Virus record (IMG/VR): IMGVR_UViG_3300027785_000108
Coordinates: 1 to 28,351 of that record
DNA from: a virus
Taxonomy: Duplodnaviria > Caudoviricetes
Direction: 5' to 3' (one strand)
Length of the DNA stretch: 28,351 nucleotides
Shown here in pieces: positions 7,109-16,306 of this stretch (position 1 is the first letter of the stretch; each line of letters starts with the position of its first letter). A program made the position numbers and the translations under genes. The notes under the pieces were generated by a model that searched no databases, had not been told where the DNA came from, and saw nothing but the letters and a program-made list of their open reading frames with translations.

Positions 7109-7546
7109 TTATTTCTTTACAAAAAGTACTGCTTCTGCTTTTCTTCTTCTAACTAAACCTGGTAACTCTTTACCACCGCCTTTTGTATAATGAGAAATCC
7201 ACCAATTAACTATGTTCATTTCGCTATGTTTCTCATTAATCATTTTAAATAATGTCTTAGAACTCCCACAATTCCAACAAAATGAAACTAAAGCATCAAA
7301 CTGATTCTGCGTTAACGGTACTTTAATCGCATCTAAGACAGTCTTTTCGTATTTAGGTAGTAAGTCTAAGAATAATTTATTTGCTTCTTCTTGCGTTATC
7401 TTATCGCCTAACTTTACTTTGTTACCGTTGGGGTAATAGGTATTTCCGAAGCCAATCGTATTAACTCCAGCACTACATTTGTATGCAGTTAATTTGCACC
7501 CCTCGAATGCCTTAATTAAATCTGCTCCCGTTTGACTTGTTTTCAT
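7109..7546 (-). CDS. GH24 phage lysozyme (endolysin)
   Basis: FEGCKLTAYKCSAGVNTIGFG, LTQNQFDALVSFCWNCG, LPGLVRRRKAE. Confidence 0.95.
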   Translation of the reverse strand: MKTSQTGADLIKAFEGCKLTAYKCSAGVNTIGFGNTYYPNGNKVKLGDKITQEEANKLFLDLLPKYEKTVLDAIKVPLTQNQFDALVSFCWNCGSSKTLFKMINEKHSEMNIVNWWISHYTKGGGKELPGLVRRRKAEAVLFVKK

Positions 7547-7604
7547 TTTGTTCTATTATTAAAATCACTACTATTGCTAATAATATAGCACTTGCTGAGA
7601 TCAC
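7512..7604 (-). CDS. Possible 30-aa single-TM peptide
   Basis: GTGA overlap with upstream stop; MISASAILLAIVVILIIEQNENKSNGSRFN. Confidence 0.35.
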   Translation of the reverse strand: MISASAILLAIVVILIIEQNENKSNGSRFN

Positions 7605-7807
7605 TTGTTGTAAGTTGTTGCATGGTTAATTACATCACGTGTTAAAATACCTAGTGTTACATCTACAATAGTCTTAACTAGTGGCTTAGTGTCTAACACC
7701 CCACTTGCGGTTATAACTCCCAACATAGATACTAAGATAGTTTTAAACTGTCCTTTGAATCTGTTGTCTGTTGTGCTTTCTGCTTTAATCTTATCTAAAA
7801 TTCTCAT
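7601..7807 (-). CDS. Putative holin
   Basis: 68 aa, hydrophobic segments, directly upstream of the endolysin. Confidence 0.55.
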   Translation of the reverse strand: MRILDKIKAESTTDNRFKGQFKTILVSMLGVITASGVLDTKPLVKTIVDVTLGILTRDVINHATTYNK

Positions 7808-7808
7808 A

Positions 7809-8474
7809 TCAATTATAATTTATATTAGTGAATCTTCCGTTTATATTTTCAAATGTTGTTTGCAAATCTTTTGGCAGTAAGTCTATTCCGAAAGCAAAAC
7901 AATCATAAGAAGCAAGTATTTTTTTAAAGTTTGTATTATAGTATTCACACGAAAATATTGCTTCTATCCTATGTTGGAATGAGATTACTACATCGTTTCT
8001 AAATCGTTCAAATAATTCAACTACATAATCTACATCTTTCAATTCAATTCCTCTATCTAGCCAATGTGCTTTGATTTGTTTAATATAATTATTATGCATT
8101 TTCCACATCTCAGAAAGTATAATAATTTTTAACTCCTGAGATGATAATTTATGCAAATCTTTATCTAGCAATTCCACAAACGAATCTGTACAAACATTAC
8201 ACTTAAATTTAACAAAGTCAGATGACATTCTAGATTTTGTTTCATCGTACTTTCCGTAAGAATAAAATTTAAAAAACATTGCTTCTTGTTTTACTCGTTC
8301 TAAAGTACTGAATAAATCATGACTTTTCAGTGACTTTATATCTTCCTCAACAACTTCTTTACGGTTGATTAACTTAGATATATCTTTGTGAAAATAGTAC
8401 GTTAATATACCTAAAACTATCACTATAAATAGTAAGTAAGGCGGTAAATTAATATGAGTTAAGAAATCGAACAT
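7809..8474 (-). CDS. Membrane-anchored protein in lysis region
   Basis: N-terminal TM LLFIVIVLGILTYYF followed by a helical soluble domain. Confidence 0.7.
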   Translation of the reverse strand: MFDFLTHINLPPYLLFIVIVLGILTYYFHKDISKLINRKEVVEEDIKSLKSHDLFSTLERVKQEAMFFKFYSYGKYDETKSRMSSDFVKFKCNVCTDSFVELLDKDLHKLSSQELKIIILSEMWKMHNNYIKQIKAHWLDRGIELKDVDYVVELFERFRNDVVISFQHRIEAIFSCEYYNTNFKKILASYDCFAFGIDLLPKDLQTTFENINGRFTNINYN

Positions 8475-8476
8475 TT

Positions 8477-8821
8477 TTACAAAATTATTTCAATATCACT
8501 TTCTAATATTCCAAATAGTTGGGCCATTTGTACACGAAAACCTAAATAATAAAGATATTCAGTTGCTTGTGTATAATTCAAATTACTTGGAACTTCATTT
8601 TTAACAGTTTCATATAAAGTGTTAATTTCATTTTCAGTTACATTATATACATTGTTAACTAATGATTGACTATTTTCACTTGTGTACTCAAAAATGTAAC
8701 TTGAATCAAATCCAAATCTTAATTGTTGTTGACAACCTTGTAATTTTCCTGTTACTAAACCTGTCTCTTGACCAGTTATTCCGTTATTGTAAGTTACAGG
8801 CACTAATGTTTTAATTTTCAT
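8477..8821 (-). CDS. Hypothetical protein, possibly fibre-associated
   Basis: Directly downstream of the fibre gene; role inferred from position only. Confidence 0.65.
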   Translation of the reverse strand: MKIKTLVPVTYNNGITGQETGLVTGKLQGCQQQLRFGFDSSYIFEYTSENSQSLVNNVYNVTENEINTLYETVKNEVPSNLNYTQATEYLYYLGFRVQMAQLFGILESDIEIIL

Positions 8822-8840
8822 ATTGTTTTATATTTATTAA

Positions 8841-11270
8841 TTATGCGTATAATGTTTCAGTTGAATCTATCCTACAAGCCCATTGAATATTAGTTGCTGC
8901 TATTCCAGTTACTGTAACTGTCATACAACCTAAAGAAGTATTCGCTGTGATAGTCGGTGTTCCCCAAGCTGAAGTGTTTGTAACTACATTTACATTTGAA
9001 ATAGTAACTGTCATTGTTGATGCTGTAGTACCTCGAACTAAAACCGCATCAAAATCCCAAACCCCAACATTTGTTGAACCTGATTGTTTTCCTTGAATAC
9101 TTCCTTTAACTCTCATTAAAGAATTATTTGGTAAAGTAAATTGAGTTGATGCTAAAATACCACCAGCATTTTGTGTATTTGCTAGTAAAACAGTTGGTGT
9201 TGTACCTGTTGTTCTACCATCTAATTGAGCTATTGACGCTTGAGTACACCCTACACTATAAGCCCCGCCACCAATTACAAATTTATTCCTAACCCCATTG
9301 GTAGAAGCTGAATCACCGATTGCAAAACCATTAATAGAGTCCGATGTTGAATTACTACCACCAGCAAATGAATTAGTCCCTGATGCAGTTGTAGCTATAC
9401 CTATTGACATAGCACCATTTCCAGATGCATTTGTACCATTACATAATGCTACAGAATTAGCACCATTAGCATAGTTGTATAATCCAGCTCCAGCTAAAGC
9501 ATTTGCTCCATTTGCTTGACTATACCAACCATTTAAAACAATACCTCTTGCTCCTGTTACAGAATTATTATTTCCGTTTAAAATTGTTCCATATGTTCCT
9601 GTACAAGAATTATAATCTCCATTTCCAATAAATGAAAAAGTACCTGTACTACTACTATTCCTAGTTCCTCCTAAAATAATATCATAATCTCCAGCCGCAA
9701 TATATGCTCCCGAAGCACCAGCATATCTTGATAAATCCAAAGCATATTGACCTCTTTTATTACCTCCAGTTCCAGTATTGTCAGGAACTCTAGCTAAAAT
9801 TGCTCCTGTCCCCTTTGGTCTAACAGCAAAATCACCATTTGTTGTGCCTGTAACCGCTGTCAAGCTATCTACAGGAACCGTTGCATTTGGTGCTGTTGTG
9901 CTTTGTGCTTCGGTGAAGTACGTTAAACCACCAGCTGAAATTGCCCCCCACGTTCCATCGTCTTTTAAATAGTTTCCTACATTTGTACCCTTTGGAACGA
10001 ATCCATGTTTAGCAGTTGTGAAATTGTTTGTAGTTATATCAGTTGTCGTAATTGTAGCATCTGATATAATTTGATCTCCCGTATTTGTTCCGCTTGAAGT
10101 TCCTGAGAATGTTCCACTTTGAGTTGCTAAAGTACCAACTGGACCAGTTAACCCTTTAACATAACTTAATTCTGTTAATGATGGATAAGTTGCAGTTGAT
10201 AATGATACTAGATTTTTAGAAGCATCAAAACCTGATAAAGTATTTGCAGTTGCATAAGTATAAACAGAACCTAAAGATATATTTAATTTTGCAGTTCCAT
10301 CAATCCAAAATGCAGTTGATAAACCACTTGAACCAGTTTGAACAGTTTGAAAATATAAACTTGCTCCAAGTGTTCCAGCATTATTTTCCGTTGCTTGTGC
10401 AAATATTTGAACTGAATCATTTGCCGAGCCACCATTCCAAGCCATCACACCTAAAGTATCACCACTTAAAGCATTTGTTTGACTTGTAATAGTACCTCTT
10501 TTTCTAGTCATCCTTGTTAATGGATAAACTGTCGTACTTACTGCAGTTTGAGATATTTGAGCAAAAGTATCAGAAACTATACTAACACCATAAGATAAGA
10601 TTTCAGTAAATTTTGAAAGTAAAGTATTATTTTCTCTAATTTTTAAATTTCCATTTCTAGATATTGTAGAAGTCTTATTACTTCCAGCATCTACAAAAAC
10701 ACCATCTATATTAAACTCAGTTGAGTTAGGTATTGCTTTACTCTTATATATAGTTCCGTTATATATCCAAGTTGAACCGTCAACAGTAGAATAATATAAT
10801 ATATTTGTTGTTGCTGGTGTATTTGGTGTAAAAGCAACACTAGCAGTAGTAGGAGTTAATTTGTCAAATGCAACCTCACTTGCTGGAGTAGATGGAACTA
10901 CTAAAGTTTTAATTTTTTCACCTGAAATCTTTTTACTTACATATGCAGTATATGTATGTACACCGCTTTGAGTTCCGCTTGTATTTATTGCAGTACCGCC
11001 AAATGTAGCCGATAATTTAAAACTATTTGCTCCAAAACCTGAAGAAATAATAAAATAATTAGTACTTGCAACTAATCCAGTAGGTAAAGCTCCTGTTGTT
11101 GTGAATGATATTTTATTACCAACCTCTAAACCATGTGAATTTTTAGTAACTACGCATGGTGAAGCAATTGATAAAGTTGCCGTACTTGTTTCGATTTCAT
11201 TTACCCAAAAATAATCTAAATCATTGATTTCTGTATCTGTAAATGTCGTTATGTCTTGTAATCTACTCAT
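8841..11270 (-). CDS. Tail fibre / receptor-binding protein
   Basis: 809 aa, G/T/S/N rich; 14-residue YadA-head-like repeats (ANGANSVALCNGTN, ASGNGAMSIGIATT, ASGTNSFAGGSNST); end of tail module. Confidence 0.8.
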   Translation of the reverse strand: MSRLQDITTFTDTEINDLDYFWVNEIETSTATLSIASPCVVTKNSHGLEVGNKISFTTTGALPTGLVASTNYFIISSGFGANSFKLSATFGGTAINTSGTQSGVHTYTAYVSKKISGEKIKTLVVPSTPASEVAFDKLTPTTASVAFTPNTPATTNILYYSTVDGSTWIYNGTIYKSKAIPNSTEFNIDGVFVDAGSNKTSTISRNGNLKIRENNTLLSKFTEILSYGVSIVSDTFAQISQTAVSTTVYPLTRMTRKRGTITSQTNALSGDTLGVMAWNGGSANDSVQIFAQATENNAGTLGASLYFQTVQTGSSGLSTAFWIDGTAKLNISLGSVYTYATANTLSGFDASKNLVSLSTATYPSLTELSYVKGLTGPVGTLATQSGTFSGTSSGTNTGDQIISDATITTTDITTNNFTTAKHGFVPKGTNVGNYLKDDGTWGAISAGGLTYFTEAQSTTAPNATVPVDSLTAVTGTTNGDFAVRPKGTGAILARVPDNTGTGGNKRGQYALDLSRYAGASGAYIAAGDYDIILGGTRNSSSTGTFSFIGNGDYNSCTGTYGTILNGNNNSVTGARGIVLNGWYSQANGANALAGAGLYNYANGANSVALCNGTNASGNGAMSIGIATTASGTNSFAGGSNSTSDSINGFAIGDSASTNGVRNKFVIGGGAYSVGCTQASIAQLDGRTTGTTPTVLLANTQNAGGILASTQFTLPNNSLMRVKGSIQGKQSGSTNVGVWDFDAVLVRGTTASTMTVTISNVNVVTNTSAWGTPTITANTSLGCMTVTVTGIAATNIQWACRIDSTETLYA

Positions 11271-11274
11271 ATAA

Positions 11275-11282
11275 CAAAATTA
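11275..11282 (-). promoter_or_regulatory. -7 element TAATTTTG, 4 nt before fibre ATG
   Basis: Consensus match in a short intergenic gap. Confidence 0.55.
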
Positions 11283-11298
11283 GTTAAAAATTTAACAA

Positions 11299-12162
11299 TT
11301 AATAGTAAGAACGTGAATTTTTTATTTTATCATTGAATACACATTTCAATGATGGTTTATCCGTTGTATCTATGTACTCAATTTCTGCACTTTCAGAAAC
11401 AATACATGGATAATCTAAATAGTATTTAACGGGGTTTTTAAAGTTATAATCTGAAACATAAACTTCATTCTCAGACAATAAATGTAAATCAACTAAAGTT
11501 TCAATATAGTTAATAGGTATGTTTTTAGTTTCTAAATAGTATTTATTTAAATTTTCTCTCATTACCTTGTTCATTTTTCTATCTGAATAGATAATGTTAT
11601 CTACAAATGTATTAGGTTGTCTATCTCCAAAATAACCAGCAAAACGAATAGTGTCAATAACCTTTGAATTAGTAAAATCTATATTTTCAATTGATTGATT
11701 AGAATTAAATATACTTTTCAATCTAACTGTATTTTTCACCTTTAAAATATCGTATTCTTGAAGCGAATATTCACCCCATAAAATAGTATCTACTATTCCA
11801 GCAATTGTATAATCAATTTTTAATTCATAGCATCCTATACCGTTAATTTCTAGTTGTTGAGTCCAATTAACTTGACAGTATTTAGAATAACTATCATTAA
11901 CAAATGAAATAGGAGCTGGATTGTCAACTAAAATTCCTTCCTTGTATAATCTGAAAATTATAGTATCACCTGAATATGCTTTTATCCATGCTCCTGTAAT
12001 ATCTTGCTCCCAACTTTCACCGTTTATTTTTCCATAAACATTAAATGCTACACAATTACAACTATCATCAAATTCACTAGGCAATGTTAATGTACTTTTC
12101 TTTTTTGATAGTATTACTTTATTAAATACTTCAAAACCTCTATTTTCTAAATCTATTCCCAT
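11299..12162 (-). CDS. Putative tail/baseplate protein
   Basis: Position in tail module; no recognised motif. Confidence 0.65.
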   Translation of the reverse strand: MGIDLENRGFEVFNKVILSKKKSTLTLPSEFDDSCNCVAFNVYGKINGESWEQDITGAWIKAYSGDTIIFRLYKEGILVDNPAPISFVNDSYSKYCQVNWTQQLEINGIGCYELKIDYTIAGIVDTILWGEYSLQEYDILKVKNTVRLKSIFNSNQSIENIDFTNSKVIDTIRFAGYFGDRQPNTFVDNIIYSDRKMNKVMRENLNKYYLETKNIPINYIETLVDLHLLSENEVYVSDYNFKNPVKYYLDYPCIVSESAEIEYIDTTDKPSLKCVFNDKIKNSRSYY

Positions 12163-14354
12163 TCTAAGTATGTATTATTTTCAAATTGTATAATTTCACC
12201 ACTTTCAAATTCAACTGATTCAAAAGCATCGGATATAAATATTTTAGATGTTATTTTTGCATTTTTACTAAGTTTAGTTGTGTCTAGTAAACAACTAAAT
12301 GTTGTTATGTTGCTAACTGTTGAACTTGTTAATGTAGTTCCTGAGATTGGGTAAATTGGACTATTTGCGTTATTATCAAAATCAATTATAGTAGATAATA
12401 AATAACGTGGTGAACTTTCAGTTTCTTCGATAGTTATCTCTCCCCAATAATCAAAACTTGTTAATGTACTATGATTGTGAACGGCCTTTATAGTCATTAT
12501 TTCACCATCTAATAAAGCCGTTACTAAAGTGTTATCAGAACGATATAATTCAAATGTAGTACTTATTAATGATTCTGTATTATAGTCGCTAATTGGTAAT
12601 GATTTTCTATAAGTATAGTCAGTATCACTATTGCTTTGTGTAATTTTTGCTTTAATCGACCAATTACCAGTAATAAAATTTAACCAATTATTATTTTGAT
12701 TAGGATAAAAATCATTAGGAGCATTGATTTGTTCTTCCCAATATCTCCAATTATTTATGAATGGATAGTAAACAGTCCATAAATCATTAGTTAAATCACT
12801 TGTTAAGTGTGCTTTTTTCTTTGCTGAGGTAGTTGGTAAGTCATTACCTACACTTTGATATTCATTTAAGATGTATTGTCCTGAACTATTTATTGGTGAA
12901 TTTGATAAATCAAAGAATATTTTATCTAATTCAAACTCTTCAAATGTTACACTATTATAAGCAATTATTGAAAGTTTTAAACTATTCCATATATCATCAG
13001 GAACAAAATCAAAAGTAGATGTAAAGGCTAAATTATCCTCAATATTTGATTTGCTTAGAACAATACTAGATGGATTCTCAATATTATCATCATGCCTAAT
13101 AAAATATGTTAAATCATTATCTACTGTTAATGCTAGTTCATTTTCAACAAATTTTGTTAATTGATTTTTAAATACTAAATGATTAATATTTCCACATCTA
13201 ACCCAAATATAAAACAAACGATCATCTGAATCTTTGCTTTCAATAAATGAAGTGAAAGTAGGTGTAAAAGTTAAATTAATTGTTCGTACCGTTCCAACTG
13301 TTGTTATACTTGTTATTGCAATTGTATAACCTGAATTGAAATCTGCATAAGTTCCAACTGCAATTGGTACATAGGCATTTAATAAATATGATACTTTTTG
13401 TTGGTTATCTACCTTATTCTTATAATACGTTTCATCAGTTGAAATATAACAAGCACCTAAATATAAATTGCTATTACTTGAATCAATTACTATTGTTTTG
13501 TTTGAAGCAGTAGCATAATCTAAACTAGTTATACCAGTTGTTAATGTACTATTTACAACCTCAGTATTAAAAGGCTCATCAAACCATCCAGTATTTGCAT
13601 TCTCGCTAAATTCTAAAGTTTGCAAGTTTGAAATGTCTCCAGCAACTGAATAGAACGAATATTTATAACATAACTTTAAGCAAGTGCCTAAACTAAACCA
13701 ATCTTCTTTATAGATACCACTTTGAATAAACGTTGAAACTATTGTATAAACTCGTGAACTATGAGCATCTGCATTTCTAGTAAGTACTGAACTAATTAAA
13801 TATTGCCCTGATTGCTTACCAATTAATAAACCCGTTTTAGTTCCTGAAACAGATAAAGCATTTAAGTCTTTAAATTTAACCGTTGTCAACTCGCCATCAA
13901 TTAACGAGTTATAAGATGGGTTATTAGATTGGTCTATATGATTAAGATTAAAATCTAATTCATCGTAGTTTCTAGTACTTGATAATTGTAGAATGTAATC
14001 ATTTTTATCAAAATAAGCACCAACAGTTGCAGTAAATCTAATAAATGTAGCATCAACTGAATCAACTGTATATGTTCTAGTAGCATGTAAAGTCCAATTA
14101 TCTTTTTCGTATATTTTTAAACTAACTGAATCACCTATTCTAAAACCCTCTTTTAACCAACTTTTTTTACCTAATAATTGTAATTGGTCGTTTATCCAAT
14201 CAATTTGAAAACTATTAGTTGCATCTTCTTGAATTAATATATTTGCTTCAATAATAGATGTTAAAATTATCTTATCTCCAGCATTTGCCTTATATGATGT
14301 TGTAACATTTCCGAATATGTCGGTGTATGTATTACTTATTTGTTTCAGTCCCAT
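12153..14354 (-). CDS. Putative tail-tip structural protein
   Basis: 733 aa, beta-rich composition, tail module position. Confidence 0.65.
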   Translation of the reverse strand: MGLKQISNTYTDIFGNVTTSYKANAGDKIILTSIIEANILIQEDATNSFQIDWINDQLQLLGKKSWLKEGFRIGDSVSLKIYEKDNWTLHATRTYTVDSVDATFIRFTATVGAYFDKNDYILQLSSTRNYDELDFNLNHIDQSNNPSYNSLIDGELTTVKFKDLNALSVSGTKTGLLIGKQSGQYLISSVLTRNADAHSSRVYTIVSTFIQSGIYKEDWFSLGTCLKLCYKYSFYSVAGDISNLQTLEFSENANTGWFDEPFNTEVVNSTLTTGITSLDYATASNKTIVIDSSNSNLYLGACYISTDETYYKNKVDNQQKVSYLLNAYVPIAVGTYADFNSGYTIAITSITTVGTVRTINLTFTPTFTSFIESKDSDDRLFYIWVRCGNINHLVFKNQLTKFVENELALTVDNDLTYFIRHDDNIENPSSIVLSKSNIEDNLAFTSTFDFVPDDIWNSLKLSIIAYNSVTFEEFELDKIFFDLSNSPINSSGQYILNEYQSVGNDLPTTSAKKKAHLTSDLTNDLWTVYYPFINNWRYWEEQINAPNDFYPNQNNNWLNFITGNWSIKAKITQSNSDTDYTYRKSLPISDYNTESLISTTFELYRSDNTLVTALLDGEIMTIKAVHNHSTLTSFDYWGEITIEETESSPRYLLSTIIDFDNNANSPIYPISGTTLTSSTVSNITTFSCLLDTTKLSKNAKITSKIFISDAFESVEFESGEIIQFENNTYLEWE

Positions 14355-14562
14355 ATTTAGCTTTTATATTTTCAATTTCTTTTTCATCAATATTCCCATT
14401 TTCAATCATTAACTGCATTGCTTTAATGTCCGAATAAATTGGCAATAATTCACTTACATTTAATTTACTCAAAGCAATAGATAATTTATCAAAAGATTGT
14501 TTTTGTTTTTCCTTCAATAAATCAATTCGTTCTTGAAGTCCTTTAATATCTAAATTATCCAT
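14332..14562 (-). CDS. Small helical hypothetical protein
   Basis: Overlaps both neighbours in the operon. Confidence 0.65.
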   Translation of the reverse strand: MDNLDIKGLQERIDLLKEKQKQSFDKLSIALSKLNVSELLPIYSDIKAMQLMIENGNIDEKEIENIKAKYGTETNK

Positions 14563-16306
14563 TTATTATAGTTGTTGTTAAGAATTTACTTGAATAATCA
14601 AAAGGCTCTTTATAACTAATAGTTGCATAACTTTCCATGTCTTTATATTCGAGTTGTAAAAGTTCGCAAATTTTACCGTTTATATTAGCCCAATTATTAT
14701 TTAACAAATTTACAAAATTTTCATCATTCATTAAGATTTTAACAGATTCTTTTATCTTATATCCATTTAATTGTATTTGGGATAAATAATGATGATTATA
14801 CCAAAGTGCTGAAGCTCCAATTTTAGCGATGTAGTTTTCTAATTGTTTACCGCTTGAAGTGTATAGTAATTTAGTATTTACGAAATATTGTTGACTAACT
14901 ATTAATACTCCTATTCTGTCGGTTATATTTGACTCAAAAGAAGTAGAACAAATACTGTCGATTACTATAAATAAATCTTTCGCTCTTTGTTCAATCCAAT
15001 TTAAAGTTTCTTTTCGTCTTCCTAAACTAAACGGAACACTAATATCTCTTAATCCTTTTATATTGTCGTTATATGAATTTTGAATACTATCAGTAGATGC
15101 TTCAAAATCTGTTACCTCAAAATTATCTAGTGTGTGATAATCTGAATAGTCAGGTTGATAATGAATATAACACCTTTTCCAGCTTTCATGAGTATTTAAA
15201 GTATATTTATCTTGTCTAGTATCTTGCAATACTAAAGATGTATTAATTTGATTAGTTGCTATATCTTTCCAATAGTTAACACTTTCAATCTCAACAAGCC
15301 CATTACTAACTCTACATTTCGCATTAAAAGTCGTTTCAATTGCTTGAATTAACTGCCAAACTGAACTTACTGAGTCGCTTCCTGTTGGATGTCCTTTTGT
15401 ATATGCAAAATCTAACTCATTCGCTATAAAGTCAATAGTATATTTCTTTAAATTTTTACCTTTATATTTTGATTTAATTAAAGGAACTGGAAGAACTGTT
15501 AAACCATCTAATGAATCTAATAAAGTAGATTTAAAAGTATATCCAAACGAAATACAAGACTTTTCAATTAATTCTTTTACTTTACAAGCCTTGAAATTCC
15601 TAATTCTAGGAAATATTAATTCGCTTAATTGGTCTGCTAATTTCTTAATTGCAATAATCAATAAAGCAACATACGCAATTTGTAAAGCTAATTTAACCGC
15701 ATCTTTTACAAGGTCTACAACTTTAACAATAACAACCGCACCAACACCAACACCAACATCAGGTACTAAATCAGCTACTAATTCAGCTGAAAGTTCCGCT
15801 AACTTTAAAATAGCAGTTTCTAAAGTCTGAACCATTACAAAAATTGAAAGTGAAAGTGTTAAGCCCATTTCAATTTGATTTTGTGGAACAATTATATAAG
15901 GCACATCAATATAGGTAAATGTAGCTTTTTTCGTAAATGATAAATAATCAAAACTACTTCCTTGTGCTTGTTCATAGAAATTATCTTGATTCTTTAATCG
16001 TTTAATCTTTACCTCAACTTCATAATCTTTATAGATTGGTTGTTCTGTTAAGTCAACGTAATAATCTATCTTAGTACCGTTTGACATTTGAACTTGATAA
16101 GGTATTCCAGCAAATGAACCCATAGAAGCTAACCAATTTTCAACCTCTCGTTTACCCTCATTTGGTAGAATAATAGTATCTACGTTTAATGATAAATCTT
16201 TATGGTCCTTATCACTCATAGAAGTTGAATCTGTCCAATTAGAAACGAATCCAATACTTTCAATGTTTCGGGGTGTTATTTCAACCCCATTTATAAAGTG
16301 TCTCAT
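14555..16306 (-). CDS. Putative tail-tip protein with internal hydrophobic helices
   Basis: Follows the tape measure gene; long apolar stretch around aa 147-220. Confidence 0.65.
   Translation of the reverse strand: MRHFINGVEITPRNIESIGFVSNWTDSTSMSDKDHKDLSLNVDTIILPNEGKREVENWLASMGSFAGIPYQVQMSNGTKIDYYVDLTEQPIYKDYEVEVKIKRLKNQDNFYEQAQGSSFDYLSFTKKATFTYIDVPYIIVPQNQIEMGLTLSLSIFVMVQTLETAILKLAELSAELVADLVPDVGVGVGAVVIVKVVDLVKDAVKLALQIAYVALLIIAIKKLADQLSELIFPRIRNFKACKVKELIEKSCISFGYTFKSTLLDSLDGLTVLPVPLIKSKYKGKNLKKYTIDFIANELDFAYTKGHPTGSDSVSSVWQLIQAIETTFNAKCRVSNGLVEIESVNYWKDIATNQINTSLVLQDTRQDKYTLNTHESWKRCYIHYQPDYSDYHTLDNFEVTDFEASTDSIQNSYNDNIKGLRDISVPFSLGRRKETLNWIEQRAKDLFIVIDSICSTSFESNITDRIGVLIVSQQYFVNTKLLYTSSGKQLENYIAKIGASALWYNHHYLSQIQLNGYKIKESVKILMNDENFVNLLNNNWANINGKICELLQLEYKDMESYATISYKEPFDYSSKFLTTTIING

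Noticed and set aside
8841-9200. Diversity-generating retroelement target in the fibre
   Set aside because: No reverse transcriptase and no template repeat seen in the window.
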